Virus record (IMG/VR): IMGVR_UViG_3300010429_001356
Location: 2,456 to 66,455 of that record
Origin: a virus
Lineage: Duplodnaviria > Caudoviricetes
DNA length: 64,000 nt
Direction: 5' to 3' (one strand)
The position numbers and the translations under genes were made by a program. Every line of letters starts with the position of its first letter. Within the stretch, counting starts at the first letter, position 1. A model generated the notes under the pieces. That model was given only the letters and a program-made list of their open reading frames with translations, was not told the DNA's origin and did not search any database. Positions 52,701-62,198 of the stretch are shown piece by piece.

Positions 52701-54614
52701 ATGCAGCTCCCCATGTTCCGCCCATCCTGCTCGTGGGAGCCGACTCCCGTCTCGCAGCTGCCCTCCTGGGCCGGTGCGGAGCGGGTGTGCGTCGACCTCG
52801 AGACCCGCGATCCGCAGCTGAAGAAGCTGGGGCCGGGCGTCCGCCGCGACGGCAAGGTGGCGGGCATCGCCTTCACCATCGAGGACGGCCCGAGCCACTA
52901 CCTCCCGATCGGCCACAGCGAGGACAACCTCGACCCGGCGCACGTCTGGGCCTACATCCGGGACCAGTTCCGCGCCTTCCGGGGGTGGGTCGTCGGCTCC
53001 AACTTCCAGTACGACCTGGACTACCTCTGGCAGAACGGCGTGGAGATGCCCAACATCAAGGGCATCCGCGACATCCAGGTGGCCGAGCCGCTGATCGACG
53101 AGCTCCAGGACGAGTACAACACCGACGCCATCGCGGCCCGGTACGGCCTGCCCGGGAAGAACGAGACGATCCTGCGCGACGCGGCTACGGCCTTCGGGGT
53201 CGACGCGAAGAAGGGGCTGTACCTCCTCCCCGGCCGGTACGCGGCCGAGTACGCGATGCAGGACACGCGGGTGCCGCTCCAGGTGCTCCGCCGCCAGGAG
53301 CGCCGGATCGAGGAGGCGGGCCTCTGGAAGATCTTCGACCTGGAGACGAGGCTCCTCCCCGTGCTCGTCAAGATGCGACGCCGCGGCGTGCGGGTCGACT
53401 TCGACAAGCTCGCGGAGGTCGAGAAGTGGACCATCGAGCAGCAGCACACCGCGCTGCTGAAGGTGAAGCACGAGACCGGGATCACGCTCGCCCTGACGGA
53501 TGTGACGAAGCCGCAGGCGCTCGCGAAGGTTCTCACCCACATCGGGGTCGAGTGCCCCACGACGCCGAAGACCGGCCAGCCCAGCGTGTCGAAGGAGCTC
53601 CTCGCGTCCATCAAGCACCCGGTCGGAGCCCTGCTCCTCCGGGCCAGGAAGATGGACAAGCTCCGCAACACGTTCGTCTCCTCCGTCCGCGAGCACGCGG
53701 TCAACGGCCGCATCCACACGACCTTCAACCAGCTCCGCAAGAGCTCGGACGACGAGGACGAGGACGACACCGGCGCTCGGTACGGCCGCCTGAGCTCGAC
53801 CGACCCGAACCTGCAGCAGCAGCCCGCCCGCGACCCGGAGATCGGGCCGTTCTGGCGGTCCATCTACATCCCCGACGAGGGGATGCTTTGGGCCGCGATG
53901 GACTACTCCCAGCAGGAGCCCAGGCAGGTAGTTCACTTCGCCGAGCTCTGCAAGCTGCCCGTGGCAGACGTCATGGGCCACAAGTTCCGCACCGACCCCA
54001 AGACCGACAACCACACCGAGATGGCCCGCATCATCGCGGGCGCTGGCGACGACTGGAAGCCTGACAAGACCATCCGCAGCCACGCGAAGGAGATCTTCCT
54101 CGGGCTGTGCTACGGCATGGGCGGGGCCAAGCTCTGCCGCAAGCTCGGCAAACCGACCGAGTGGGTCATGTCGCCGCGTCTGGGCAAGATGATCGAGGTC
54201 GCCGGTCCAGAGGGGAAGGCCATCCTCGAGGAGTTCGACCGCAAGGTGCCCTACGTGCGGATGCTCGCCCGCCTCTGCGAGGAGAAGGCGAAGAAGGACG
54301 GCGTCATCAAGACCCTGATGGGTCGCCACTGCCACTTCCCGAAGAAGGACGACGGCACCTACGACTGGACCCACAAGGCGCTGAACCGGCTGATCCAGGG
54401 CAGCTCCGCCGATCAGACCAAGCTCGCCGTGGTCATGCTGGACGAGGCAGGGTGGACCCCGCAGCTGCAGATCCACGACGAGATCGACGACAGCGTCCCC
54501 ACCCCGGAGGACGCGGAGAAGCGGGCCGACGTCATGCGGCACTGCATCGAGCTGACGGTTCCCAGCAAGGTCGACGTCGAGATCGGCGACTCCTGGGGCG
54601 GGAGCATGAAGTGA
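52701..54614 (+). CDS. polA: Family A DNA polymerase (3'-5' exonuclease plus polymerase)
   Basis: DLET, GRLSSTDPNLQQ, DYSQQE, AKEIFLGLCYG, NRLIQGSSAD, IHDE. Confidence 0.95.
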   Translation: MQLPMFRPSCSWEPTPVSQLPSWAGAERVCVDLETRDPQLKKLGPGVRRDGKVAGIAFTIEDGPSHYLPIGHSEDNLDPAHVWAYIRDQFRAFRGWVVGSNFQYDLDYLWQNGVEMPNIKGIRDIQVAEPLIDELQDEYNTDAIAARYGLPGKNETILRDAATAFGVDAKKGLYLLPGRYAAEYAMQDTRVPLQVLRRQERRIEEAGLWKIFDLETRLLPVLVKMRRRGVRVDFDKLAEVEKWTIEQQHTALLKVKHETGITLALTDVTKPQALAKVLTHIGVECPTTPKTGQPSVSKELLASIKHPVGALLLRARKMDKLRNTFVSSVREHAVNGRIHTTFNQLRKSSDDEDEDDTGARYGRLSSTDPNLQQQPARDPEIGPFWRSIYIPDEGMLWAAMDYSQQEPRQVVHFAELCKLPVADVMGHKFRTDPKTDNHTEMARIIAGAGDDWKPDKTIRSHAKEIFLGLCYGMGGAKLCRKLGKPTEWVMSPRLGKMIEVAGPEGKAILEEFDRKVPYVRMLARLCEEKAKKDGVIKTLMGRHCHFPKKDDGTYDWTHKALNRLIQGSSADQTKLAVVMLDEAGWTPQLQIHDEIDDSVPTPEDAEKRADVMRHCIELTVPSKVDVEIGDSWGGSMK

Positions 54615-55111
54615 AGTTCAAGGCAGTCACCAAGGTGAAGAGGCGATACCCCACGAGCACCCCGGGGCTGATCGCCCAGGGCGAGTTCCGCGTCAGGGGA
54701 GGTGGCTCCCTCTGGGCGAAGGTGCTCGTGTTCGAGCGCCCGCGCGACCTCCAGCGGTTCTTCGCGGAGGATCTCGGCCGCCCCGTCGGGAGGAAGTGCC
54801 TCGGCGCTGTGAGCTCGATGTCAACGTCGTTCTACGACGTGCGGCCGGGGCGGGAGATCAAGGAGCGCGTCGAGTTCGACCGCCGCTACTTCTGCCTGAT
54901 CGGCCTCACCCGCGAGAACGTGACGATGCGTGTCCTCAGCCACGAGGCGGTGCACGCCGGGTTCTGCCACGCGAAGCGAGCCAGGAAGACCGACTGGGAC
55001 AGGGAGGCACTTGGCTTCGACGAGGAGGCTGTCGCATATCCTGCCGGTGAGGTGGCACGCGAGCTCGTTGTCTTCCTGGAGCGAGAGGGTATACTCGAGA
55101 CGCAGCCATGA
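54611..55111 (+). CDS. Hypothetical with zincin-like HExxH motif
   Basis: LSHEAVHAG..DEEAVAY. Confidence 0.5.
   Translation: MKFKAVTKVKRRYPTSTPGLIAQGEFRVRGGGSLWAKVLVFERPRDLQRFFAEDLGRPVGRKCLGAVSSMSTSFYDVRPGREIKERVEFDRRYFCLIGLTRENVTMRVLSHEAVHAGFCHAKRARKTDWDREALGFDEEAVAYPAGEVARELVVFLEREGILETQP
55068..55095 (+). promoter_or_regulatory. Promoter TTGTCT-N16-TATACT
   Basis: 12 nt before ATG 55108. Confidence 0.6.
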
Positions 55112-55428
55112 ACGAGAACGCCCCAGAGTTCTACAGCGAGCGCCGCGTCAAGACGCGGAAGCCGCACCGCTGCTACGAGACTCGTCGAGACATCCCGAAG
55201 GGAGCTCAGGCAGTCATCGTGACAGGCAAGTGGGACGGGGAGGTCAGGTCCATGTACTTCCTCCCAGAGGCAATGGAGCTCTGGAAGCAGGTCGACCAGC
55301 AGTACCGCAAGATGGACGAGGAGCTATGCTTCGGCGGGCTGCACGAGCACTTCGTCCAGCAGAAGCACTACAACCCCGACGACCCGCTCGTCGCTCGGTG
55401 GGAGGAGCTATGTCAGAAGCCAGCGTGA
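55108..55428 (+). CDS. Hypothetical protein
   Basis: KTRKPHRC..GKWDG pattern. Confidence 0.6.
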   Translation: MNENAPEFYSERRVKTRKPHRCYETRRDIPKGAQAVIVTGKWDGEVRSMYFLPEAMELWKQVDQQYRKMDEELCFGGLHEHFVQQKHYNPDDPLVARWEELCQKPA

Positions 55429-55910
55429 AGTGGGACCAGCGGTTCCTCCAGATGGCGGCCGTGGTCGCCGGGTGGAGCAAGGATCCGAGCACCAAGTGCG
55501 GCGCGGTGATCGTGGCCCCCGACCGGAGGGTCATCTCCCTCGGCTTCAACGGGTTCCCGCAGCGCATGCCGGACAGCCCCGAGCTCTACGCGAACCGCGA
55601 GGAGAAGTACAGCCGCATCGTCCACTGCGAGATGAACGCCGCTCTCTTCGCCAAGGAGAGCCTGCGGGGTGCGACGCTCTACACGTGGCCCTGCCTGTCG
55701 TGCGACCGCTGCGCGGTCCACATGATCCAGGCTGGCATCGTGCGGTGCGTCGCTCCGCTCCCGTCTGACGACATGCTCTCCCGCTGGGCACCGATGCTCG
55801 CCAAGACCCGCCAGTACTTCCTGGAGGCTGGCGTCCAGTTCAGCGAGTACCAGCTCACCGGGCACGCGGCCTTCACCATCCCGGAGATCGCGAGCTCGCA
55901 CAAGCCATGA
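55410..55910 (+). CDS. dCMP deaminase
   Basis: SKDPSTKCGA, GFNG, HCEMNA, PCLSCDRC. Confidence 0.92.
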   Translation: MSEASVKWDQRFLQMAAVVAGWSKDPSTKCGAVIVAPDRRVISLGFNGFPQRMPDSPELYANREEKYSRIVHCEMNAALFAKESLRGATLYTWPCLSCDRCAVHMIQAGIVRCVAPLPSDDMLSRWAPMLAKTRQYFLEAGVQFSEYQLTGHAAFTIPEIASSHKP

Positions 55911-56488
55911 TCAAGCGCATCAACCTATACGGAGGCCCCGGCTCCGGCAAGTCGACCGCGGCCCACTTCCTGATGTGGCGGCTCAAGTCGGCTGGCCTGC
56001 AGGCGGAGCTCTCGCGGGAGTGGATCAAGCGGCTCGCGTTCCGCGGCCCCGCGCCCGAGAGGATCTTCCTCCAGCCCGTCGCCTGCGGCGCTCAGCTCGA
56101 CGAGGAGCTCCAGGCGCTCGCGACCGGAGCAGTCGTGGTGACCGACTCACCGCTGCTGCTCCAGGCCGCCTACGCCGAGTGCGAGCTCGACCTGAAGAGG
56201 TCGGTCGTGACGGCCCAGGAGATGGAGAAGCGGCACCCGGCCGTCCACATACTCCTGGACCGCGGCAACAAGCCGTTCGCCCAGGAGGGTCGCTGGGAGG
56301 ACGAGGAGGCCGCCAAGGCGAAGGACCAGACCATGGTCGACCTGCTCCAGCTCGCGGGGTTCCGGTACCACACGGTGCCGCACAACCACTGGGAGCGGCT
56401 CTGGTCGGTCGTTGCGGGCGAGCTCGGGCGTCCCGAGCTCGTCGACGGGCACCCTGAGTGGTGCCGCTGCGTGATGTGCCTGCACTGA
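55907..56488 (+). CDS. NadR/AAA_28-like P-loop nucleotide kinase
   Basis: INLYGGPGSGKST, VTDSPL, GRW. Confidence 0.75.
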   Translation: MIKRINLYGGPGSGKSTAAHFLMWRLKSAGLQAELSREWIKRLAFRGPAPERIFLQPVACGAQLDEELQALATGAVVVTDSPLLLQAAYAECELDLKRSVVTAQEMEKRHPAVHILLDRGNKPFAQEGRWEDEEAAKAKDQTMVDLLQLAGFRYHTVPHNHWERLWSVVAGELGRPELVDGHPEWCRCVMCLH

Positions 56489-56496
56489 GGAATACG

Positions 56497-56910
56497 TTGG
56501 CCGAGAAGGCGACCAACTCCAGGATCCTGAAGGCGCTCCGAGGAGCCCGCCTCGACCCCGTGCGGATCGAGAACGGCGACACCTCCCCGGGGACGCCCGA
56601 CATCAACTTCGTCTGGGGGTGGATCGAGGACAAGTTCCTCGACCACTGGCCGAGGCGGGGCGGCATCGTCAAGGTGCCGCACTTCGTGCAGGAGCAGAGG
56701 GTGTGGCTCACCCGTCGGCGGATAGCTGGCGGTGGAGCGTGGTTGTTCCTCCAGGTGGGACGGGAGTACCTGCTGTTCGACGGCAGGACCGCCGCGGAGG
56801 TGCTGGGGCTGACGGATGAAGAGACCCTCCGTCGTGCCGCCATCAAGGTATGGACAAGCGGTCTCAACGATTCGGAGCTGATAGAATGTCTGCGAAGTAC
56901 ACGACCCTGA
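56497..56910 (+). CDS. VRR-NUC/Holliday-junction-resolvase-like nuclease
   Basis: RIEN..GTPD..WIEDK..EQRVW. Confidence 0.7.
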   Translation: MAEKATNSRILKALRGARLDPVRIENGDTSPGTPDINFVWGWIEDKFLDHWPRRGGIVKVPHFVQEQRVWLTRRRIAGGGAWLFLQVGREYLLFDGRTAAEVLGLTDEETLRRAAIKVWTSGLNDSELIECLRSTRP

Positions 56911-57230
56911 CGACGAGCTCGCTCACTCCCGGAGAGCGGCTGTTCATCCAGAGACGCCGGGAAGGCTGGACGGTTGGCCAGGCGGCCAAGCGCGCGAAGA
57001 CTACGGTGTACCAGTACCGAGCCTGGGAGCAGGACCGCGAGAGCGGCGCTCCCTCGCCGGGCCTGGGCCAGCTGACCCCGCAGGAGAAGTGCGTCATCGC
57101 ACGTCGCCGCTCGGGGAAGACCACGGCCCAGGTGGCGAAGGACGTGGGCTGCTGCCGCCTCTGGCTCCGCCAGATGGAGGACGGCAGGGCTCCTGTTGAG
57201 CGCCTGCAGGAGCACTGGCGCGTTCGATGA
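56886..57230 (+). CDS. Tandem XRE-HTH transcription regulator
   Basis: LTPGERLFIQRRREGWT..WE and LTPQEKCVIARRRSGKT..MEDG. Confidence 0.75.
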   Translation: MSAKYTTLTTSSLTPGERLFIQRRREGWTVGQAAKRAKTTVYQYRAWEQDRESGAPSPGLGQLTPQEKCVIARRRSGKTTAQVAKDVGCCRLWLRQMEDGRAPVERLQEHWRVR

Positions 57231-59656
57231 GCAGCGTTGCACCCAACTACTCCGACTCGCTGGCCTTCCTGGAGCGGTGGCTCCCAGGAGGGCCGTGGCT
57301 CCTCACTGCCATCGGCCTGGACAAGACGGGGATCGAGACCCGCGCGTTCAGGGCCGACCAGAAGGACGAGCTGCGCAAGTGGCTGGAGCAGCAGGGTGCG
57401 CACCGCAACATCTACTTCAGCGTCAACACGTGCTTCCCCGAGTACCTCGCGAGGGCTGACGGGACTCGGTCGAAGAAGACCGAAGCCACCGACATCCAGC
57501 GGATGGTATGCCTGCACGTGGACCTCGACCCCCGCGAGGGCGAGGACCGGACGAAGGAGCAGGAGCGGATCAAGGCTCGGCTCACGAGCAACCTCCCGCA
57601 GGGGGTGCCGTCACCGTCGCTCGTGGTGTTCTCCGGCGGCGGCTACCAGGGCTTCTGGCTCCTGAAGGAGCCCGTCGTCCTCGACGGTAGCAAGCCGATG
57701 GCGGAGGACGCCAAGCGGTGGAACCTCCAGATGGAGGTGCTCTTCGGAGCCGACCACTGCCACAACATCGACCGCATCATGCGGCTGCCGGGCACGGTCA
57801 ACCGGCCGGACGCCAAGAAGAAGGCGAAGGGTCGAGTCGAGGCGCTGGCGGAGGTGGTCGAGTGGCACGCTGACCGGGTGTACGAGATCGGCCAGTTCAC
57901 CAAGGCCCCGGAGGTTCAGACTCCCGGCGGCGGGGACGCCAGCACCTCGGGCGTGGCCCAGCGGGTGAAGGTCAGCGGCAACGTCAAGCGGTACAACGGC
58001 GACATCGACGCGGTCCCCGGCGCGGACAAGCTCCCCGGCAAGGCTCGCGTCGTCATCGTCCAGGGACTCGACCCCGACGAGCCGCACAAGTTCGGCAACA
58101 GCAGGAGCGAGTGGCTCCTGTTCGCTTGCTGCGCGATGGTTCGGGCCGGGTTCGACGACGACACGATGTACGCCGTGATCACCGACCCGCGGTTCGGGAT
58201 CAGCGCCTCGGTCCTCGACAAGGGGAGCGCCACCGAGAAGTACGCCATCCGCCAGATCGAGCGGGCCAAGGAGGAGGCCGTCGACCCCTGGCTCCGGAAG
58301 CTCAACGAGAAGCACGCGGTCATCCGCAACTGGGCCGGGAAGACCCGCATCATCGAGGAGGTCTGGGATCCGATCCTCAGCCGCCACAAGGTCACGCGGA
58401 TGTCGTTCGACGACTTCCGCAACGGCTACATGCACGAGCAGGTCCAGATCGGGCAGACCGACAAGGGCGTGCCGATCACGAAGCCAGTCGGGCAGTGGTG
58501 GCTCCAGAACAACCAGCGGCGTCAGTACGAGACGCTCGTGTTCGCTCCCGGGAAGGAAGTGCCCGGCGCGTACAACCTCTGGCGCGGGTTCGCGTGCGAG
58601 GCACGGCCAGGAGACTGCAGCAAGTTCCTGAACCACCTCGAGCACATCCTGTGCCGCGGCGTCAAGGAGCACTACGACTACCTCATCGGCTGGATGGCCC
58701 GCTGCGTCCAGCAGCCCGCCAGCCCCGGGTACTCCGCCGTCGTCATGCGGGGCGGCATGGGCACCGGCAAGAGCTACGTCGCGAAGATGTTCGGCTCGCT
58801 GTTCGGTCGGCACTACATGTCCGTCACCGACCCGAAGCACCTCGTGGGGGCGTTCAACGCGCACCTCCGTGACTGCGTGCTACTCCTGGGCGAGGAGGCG
58901 TTCTACGCTGGCGACAAGAAGCACGAGTCGATCCTGAAGATGCTGATCACCGAGGAGCTGATCACGATCGAGGCGAAGGGCGTCGACGCGGAGGCGAGCG
59001 GCAACTGCGTCCACCTGATGATGGCCTCGAACGAGGACTGGGTGGTGCCGACGAGCTTCGACGACCGCCGGTTCTTCGTCCTCGACATCAGCGAGGACCG
59101 GAAGGAGGATCACGCCTACTTCCAGGAGATCACGGAGCAGATGGACAAGGGTGGCCGCGAGGCGCTGCTGTACTTCCTGCTCAACTACGACCTGAAGGGC
59201 TTCAACGTGCGGAAGGTGCCGAAGACGGCGGGCCTCCAGCAGCAGAAGCTCCTCTCCATGGACCCCATGGAGGCGTGGTGGTACGAGAAGCTCCAGAACG
59301 GGAAGCTGCTGGTTGAGCACGACAACTGGCGGCCAGAGCTCGCCTGCCAGGATCTCCAGACGGACTTCTTCGAGCACTGCAGGCAGCTCAACATCGCCCG
59401 CCGCGGCGACAACACCAAGCTCGGGGAGGCGCTGAAGAAGTTCTGCCCGCCCGAGGCGCTCAAGGTGACGCAGGGTCGCTCCCCGGTCGAGGTCATGATG
59501 CCCGGCGGGCAGAAGAAGATGATCAACCGCCCGTACTACTACAAGTTCCCCTCTCTCGAGGAGTGCCGCGAGTGGTGGGACAGGAAGTTCGGCGGCCCGT
59601 ACCAGTGGCGCAAGGCGGAGGACGGCGAGCCGAAGAAGGACGAGGTGCCGTTCTGA
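57227..59656 (+). CDS. Primase-helicase (RepB/AEP-like primase plus SF3 helicase)
   Basis: [24 protein letters not shown]; [23 protein letters not shown]. Confidence 0.88.
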   Translation: MSSVAPNYSDSLAFLERWLPGGPWLLTAIGLDKTGIETRAFRADQKDELRKWLEQQGAHRNIYFSVNTCFPEYLARADGTRSKKTEATDIQRMVCLHVDLDPREGEDRTKEQERIKARLTSNLPQGVPSPSLVVFSGGGYQGFWLLKEPVVLDGSKPMAEDAKRWNLQMEVLFGADHCHNIDRIMRLPGTVNRPDAKKKAKGRVEALAEVVEWHADRVYEIGQFTKAPEVQTPGGGDASTSGVAQRVKVSGNVKRYNGDIDAVPGADKLPGKARVVIVQGLDPDEPHKFGNSRSEWLLFACCAMVRAGFDDDTMYAVITDPRFGISASVLDKGSATEKYAIRQIERAKEEAVDPWLRKLNEKHAVIRNWAGKTRIIEEVWDPILSRHKVTRMSFDDFRNGYMHEQVQIGQTDKGVPITKPVGQWWLQNNQRRQYETLVFAPGKEVPGAYNLWRGFACEARPGDCSKFLNHLEHILCRGVKEHYDYLIGWMARCVQQPASPGYSAVVMRGGMGTGKSYVAKMFGSLFGRHYMSVTDPKHLVGAFNAHLRDCVLLLGEEAFYAGDKKHESILKMLITEELITIEAKGVDAEASGNCVHLMMASNEDWVVPTSFDDRRFFVLDISEDRKEDHAYFQEITEQMDKGGREALLYFLLNYDLKGFNVRKVPKTAGLQQQKLLSMDPMEAWWYEKLQNGKLLVEHDNWRPELACQDLQTDFFEHCRQLNIARRGDNTKLGEALKKFCPPEALKVTQGRSPVEVMMPGGQKKMINRPYYYKFPSLEECREWWDRKFGGPYQWRKAEDGEPKKDEVPF

Positions 59657-60036
59657 TGCGCCTGCTCGTCTGCGGAGGTCGCGACTTCTCCGACGTCGCT
59701 CTCCTCGAGAGTATCCTGGACGACATTCACTCGAAGACTCCTGTGACGTGCCTCGTGCACGGCGCTGCGAGAGGAGCCGACGCGCTCGCGGCCCAGTGGG
59801 CGGCGAGCAGGGGCGTCCCGGCGCTCGCGTTCCCGGCCGACTGGGAGCGGGACGGGAGGGCGGCCGGTCCCCTCCGGAACGGCCGCATGCTGGAGGAGGG
59901 CCGCCCCGATTCGGTCGTCGCCTTCCCCGGCGGCCGCGGGACCGCCGACATGGTGGCGAGGTCCAGGCGGGCCGGGCTGCCCGTCACGGGGCCGGGAGCT
60001 CCTCCACCCCCTCCAACCGAGCCTCGGCTCTTCTGA
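59656..60036 (+). CDS. SLOG-superfamily protein (DUF2493-like)
   Basis: [32 protein letters not shown]. Confidence 0.85.
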   Translation: MRLLVCGGRDFSDVALLESILDDIHSKTPVTCLVHGAARGADALAAQWAASRGVPALAFPADWERDGRAAGPLRNGRMLEEGRPDSVVAFPGGRGTADMVARSRRAGLPVTGPGAPPPPPTEPRLF

Positions 60037-60046
60037 CCATGCAGGG

Positions 60047-60126
60047 TTGCTCATGGGCGATCGTGCTGTATAGTTCGTGCACAGGGCGACGATTGTGTCG
60101 CCCTATACAGCGAAAGGATCACGATC
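60047..60126 (+). promoter_or_regulatory. Promoter TTGCTC-N16-TATAGT embedded in nested inverted repeats
   Basis: GCTGTATAG/CTATACAGC, AGGGCGAC/GTCGCCCT, GATCGTG/CACGATC. Confidence 0.6.
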
Positions 60127-61161
60127 ATGGCTCATGAGATTACTGTCAAGGACGTCTTCGGCGAGGTTCGGGCGCGCGGCGAGCGAGCCTGGCACGGGCT
60201 GGGCGTCGAGATGCCCCCGGGCCTCGGCGCGTGGGAGGGCTTCCAGCGCATCGGCCTCGACTGGGAGACCGAGCTCCTCCCGATGCAGGCGGTCCTCCCC
60301 GAGGGCGGCGTGATCGCGGCTGACGACGTCAAGATGCACGTCCGCAAGGACACCCGCGACTTCCTGGGCACGGTCAGCTCCGGCTACCGCCCCATCAGCA
60401 ACCGCCGACTGGCCGAGTGGATGGACGAGCTCTGCGGCGCTGACGCCGCGGTCCAGCTCGAGACCGCTGGCTCCCTCCGCGGCGGCCGCCGGGTGTTCTG
60501 CTCGGTCAAGCTCCCGAAGACGATCGAGGTCGTGAACGACGACATCCTCGAGCTCTACATCATCGGCTCCAACGCCCACGACGGCTCCGCCCGCTTCAAC
60601 ACCTACGGCAGCAGCATCCGTCCCGTGTGCGCCAACACGCTCGGCTTCTCGGAGCGCGACCTGCACCGCGGCGTGTCCTTCCAGCACACTGGTGACGTCG
60701 ACATCAAGATCGAGAAGGCCCGCGCCGCGCTGGGCATCGTCCTGAAGGAAGCCGATCGGTACGAGACCGAGTGCCAATCGCTCGTCCGCCTGAACCTCAA
60801 CAAGGAGCAGATCTCCGCCTACTTCGAGGCGGTGTACGACAAGACGTTCGGCGTGATCCACGACAGCCTCCCCAAGGAGGAGCAGGAGCGCCGGGCCGAG
60901 CACAAGAAGAAGACGCTGGCCCAGTGGATGCTCCTGATGGACGACGCGAAGCAGAACATCAAGGGCATCACCGGCACCGCGTGGGCCGCCTTCAACGCCT
61001 ACTCGCAGTGGTCCGACCACGAGCGCGGCCGCTTCGGCGGGGTCGACGAGAGCGACGACCGCGTGCACTCGAACCTCTTCGGCGTCTCCGCCATCGGCAA
61101 GAAGAAGGCGTGGAAGCAGGCCCTGAGCCTCATCAACGGGAAGACGCTGGTCACCGCCTGA
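60127..61161 (+). CDS. DUF932/DUF945-family protein
   Basis: ERAWHGLG, ETAGSLRGGRRVF, NAHDGS, IRPVCANT, GTAWAAFNA. Confidence 0.85.
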   Translation: MAHEITVKDVFGEVRARGERAWHGLGVEMPPGLGAWEGFQRIGLDWETELLPMQAVLPEGGVIAADDVKMHVRKDTRDFLGTVSSGYRPISNRRLAEWMDELCGADAAVQLETAGSLRGGRRVFCSVKLPKTIEVVNDDILELYIIGSNAHDGSARFNTYGSSIRPVCANTLGFSERDLHRGVSFQHTGDVDIKIEKARAALGIVLKEADRYETECQSLVRLNLNKEQISAYFEAVYDKTFGVIHDSLPKEEQERRAEHKKKTLAQWMLLMDDAKQNIKGITGTAWAAFNAYSQWSDHERGRFGGVDESDDRVHSNLFGVSAIGKKKAWKQALSLINGKTLVTA

Positions 61162-61180
61162 TCCGATCGGTCCTTCGCTG

Positions 61181-61211
61181 GGGAGGGGTGGCTCAACCGG
61201 CCGCTCCTCCC
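61181..61211 (+). terminator. 12-bp hairpin after the DUF932 gene
   Basis: GGGAGGGGTGGC/GCCGCTCCTCCC. Confidence 0.45.
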
Positions 61212-61386
61212 GTTCCCCGGGAATCGCCCAACGCCCGGGACGGCCAACGACCTGTGCCGCGGGAAGCGGGACGTAGATCCCCTCGTCGAGACAATCGGCG
61301 GACCTCTCAACCATCTCCACCCGGAGGATGCTGCCCGAACGGGTCGATCCGGGAGAGTCGGAGCGGATGAAAGTTCGCTCCGCCTC

Positions 61387-61414
61387 TTGCCTTCTGTTCG
61401 CTGTGAGCGATGAT
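61387..61414 (+). promoter_or_regulatory. Promoter TTGCCT-N16-GATGAT
   Basis: Spacer resembles that of the 63136 promoter. Confidence 0.5.
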
Positions 61415-61431
61415 TGAGCCAGGAGCAACCC

Positions 61432-62139
61432 ATGACTACGATGAAGTTCGATCTCGAAGCCGTCCGCGTCCGCCTCAGCGAGGCATTCCGGGTGCTCCGC
61501 GCCAAGGGATACTTCGCCAAGAAGAACTGGAAGTGCTGCCAGAGCTGCGGCTGCGCCGCGATGCCCCAGGGGACGGAGAAGTACGTCTTCTACCACGCCC
61601 AGGACAGGCAGGACCTGATGGACGGAGAGAAGTTCTACCTCGCCTGGGGCGGCGACTCGCGAGAGATTGTCGCGGCGCTCCGCGAAGCGGGCCTGCTCGT
61701 GGAGCACGACGGCTCGAACAGCACCCGCATCGCGGTGCTCGGTGCCGACAGCGAGAAGTGGGCCGCGACCGGGTACAAGGTCGGTCAGCGGGTCATGGTG
61801 CGCGGCGACCGCGCCGACTCCTGGCGGCACGCCGAGATCGTCGCCGAGAAGCCGTACCGCGGCACCGCTGGGTTCGACGTGACGAACCTGGACGTCGACC
61901 CTCACAACCCCGCCGACTCGAAGGGCGGCTGGACGTACCCCGCGTTCATGCGGCCGATCCCGCAGGACCGCCCGATCATCGCCATACGGCCGACGTCCAT
62001 GAAGGGCCAGGTGCTCTTCCAGATGTGGCGGCCGGAGGACACCTTCAAGCCGACGGTGTCACTCCAGATGCCCCAGGACTACGCCGAGTGGCTCGCGAAG
62101 CTCGCGGCCGCCGACGAGAACGGGCCTGGCGTCCGGTGA
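61432..62139 (+). CDS. DUF6891-like multidomain hypothetical protein
   Basis: LSEAFRVLRAKGYFAKKNWKCCQSCG. Confidence 0.55.
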   Translation: MTTMKFDLEAVRVRLSEAFRVLRAKGYFAKKNWKCCQSCGCAAMPQGTEKYVFYHAQDRQDLMDGEKFYLAWGGDSREIVAALREAGLLVEHDGSNSTRIAVLGADSEKWAATGYKVGQRVMVRGDRADSWRHAEIVAEKPYRGTAGFDVTNLDVDPHNPADSKGGWTYPAFMRPIPQDRPIIAIRPTSMKGQVLFQMWRPEDTFKPTVSLQMPQDYAEWLAKLAAADENGPGVR

Positions 62140-62198
62140 ACGGCCTGACCGACAACCACGTTGACATGTTCGCCCGACTGTGGAATGAGTTACGACCC

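Noticed and set aside
61210-61230. GTTCCCCG resembling the start of a type I-E CRISPR repeat
   Set aside because: Single occurrence; no array; the Cas4-like gene is a common phage nuclease
62161-62190. Perfect TTGACA upstream of the ligase
   Set aside because: No credible -10 box at 16-18 nt
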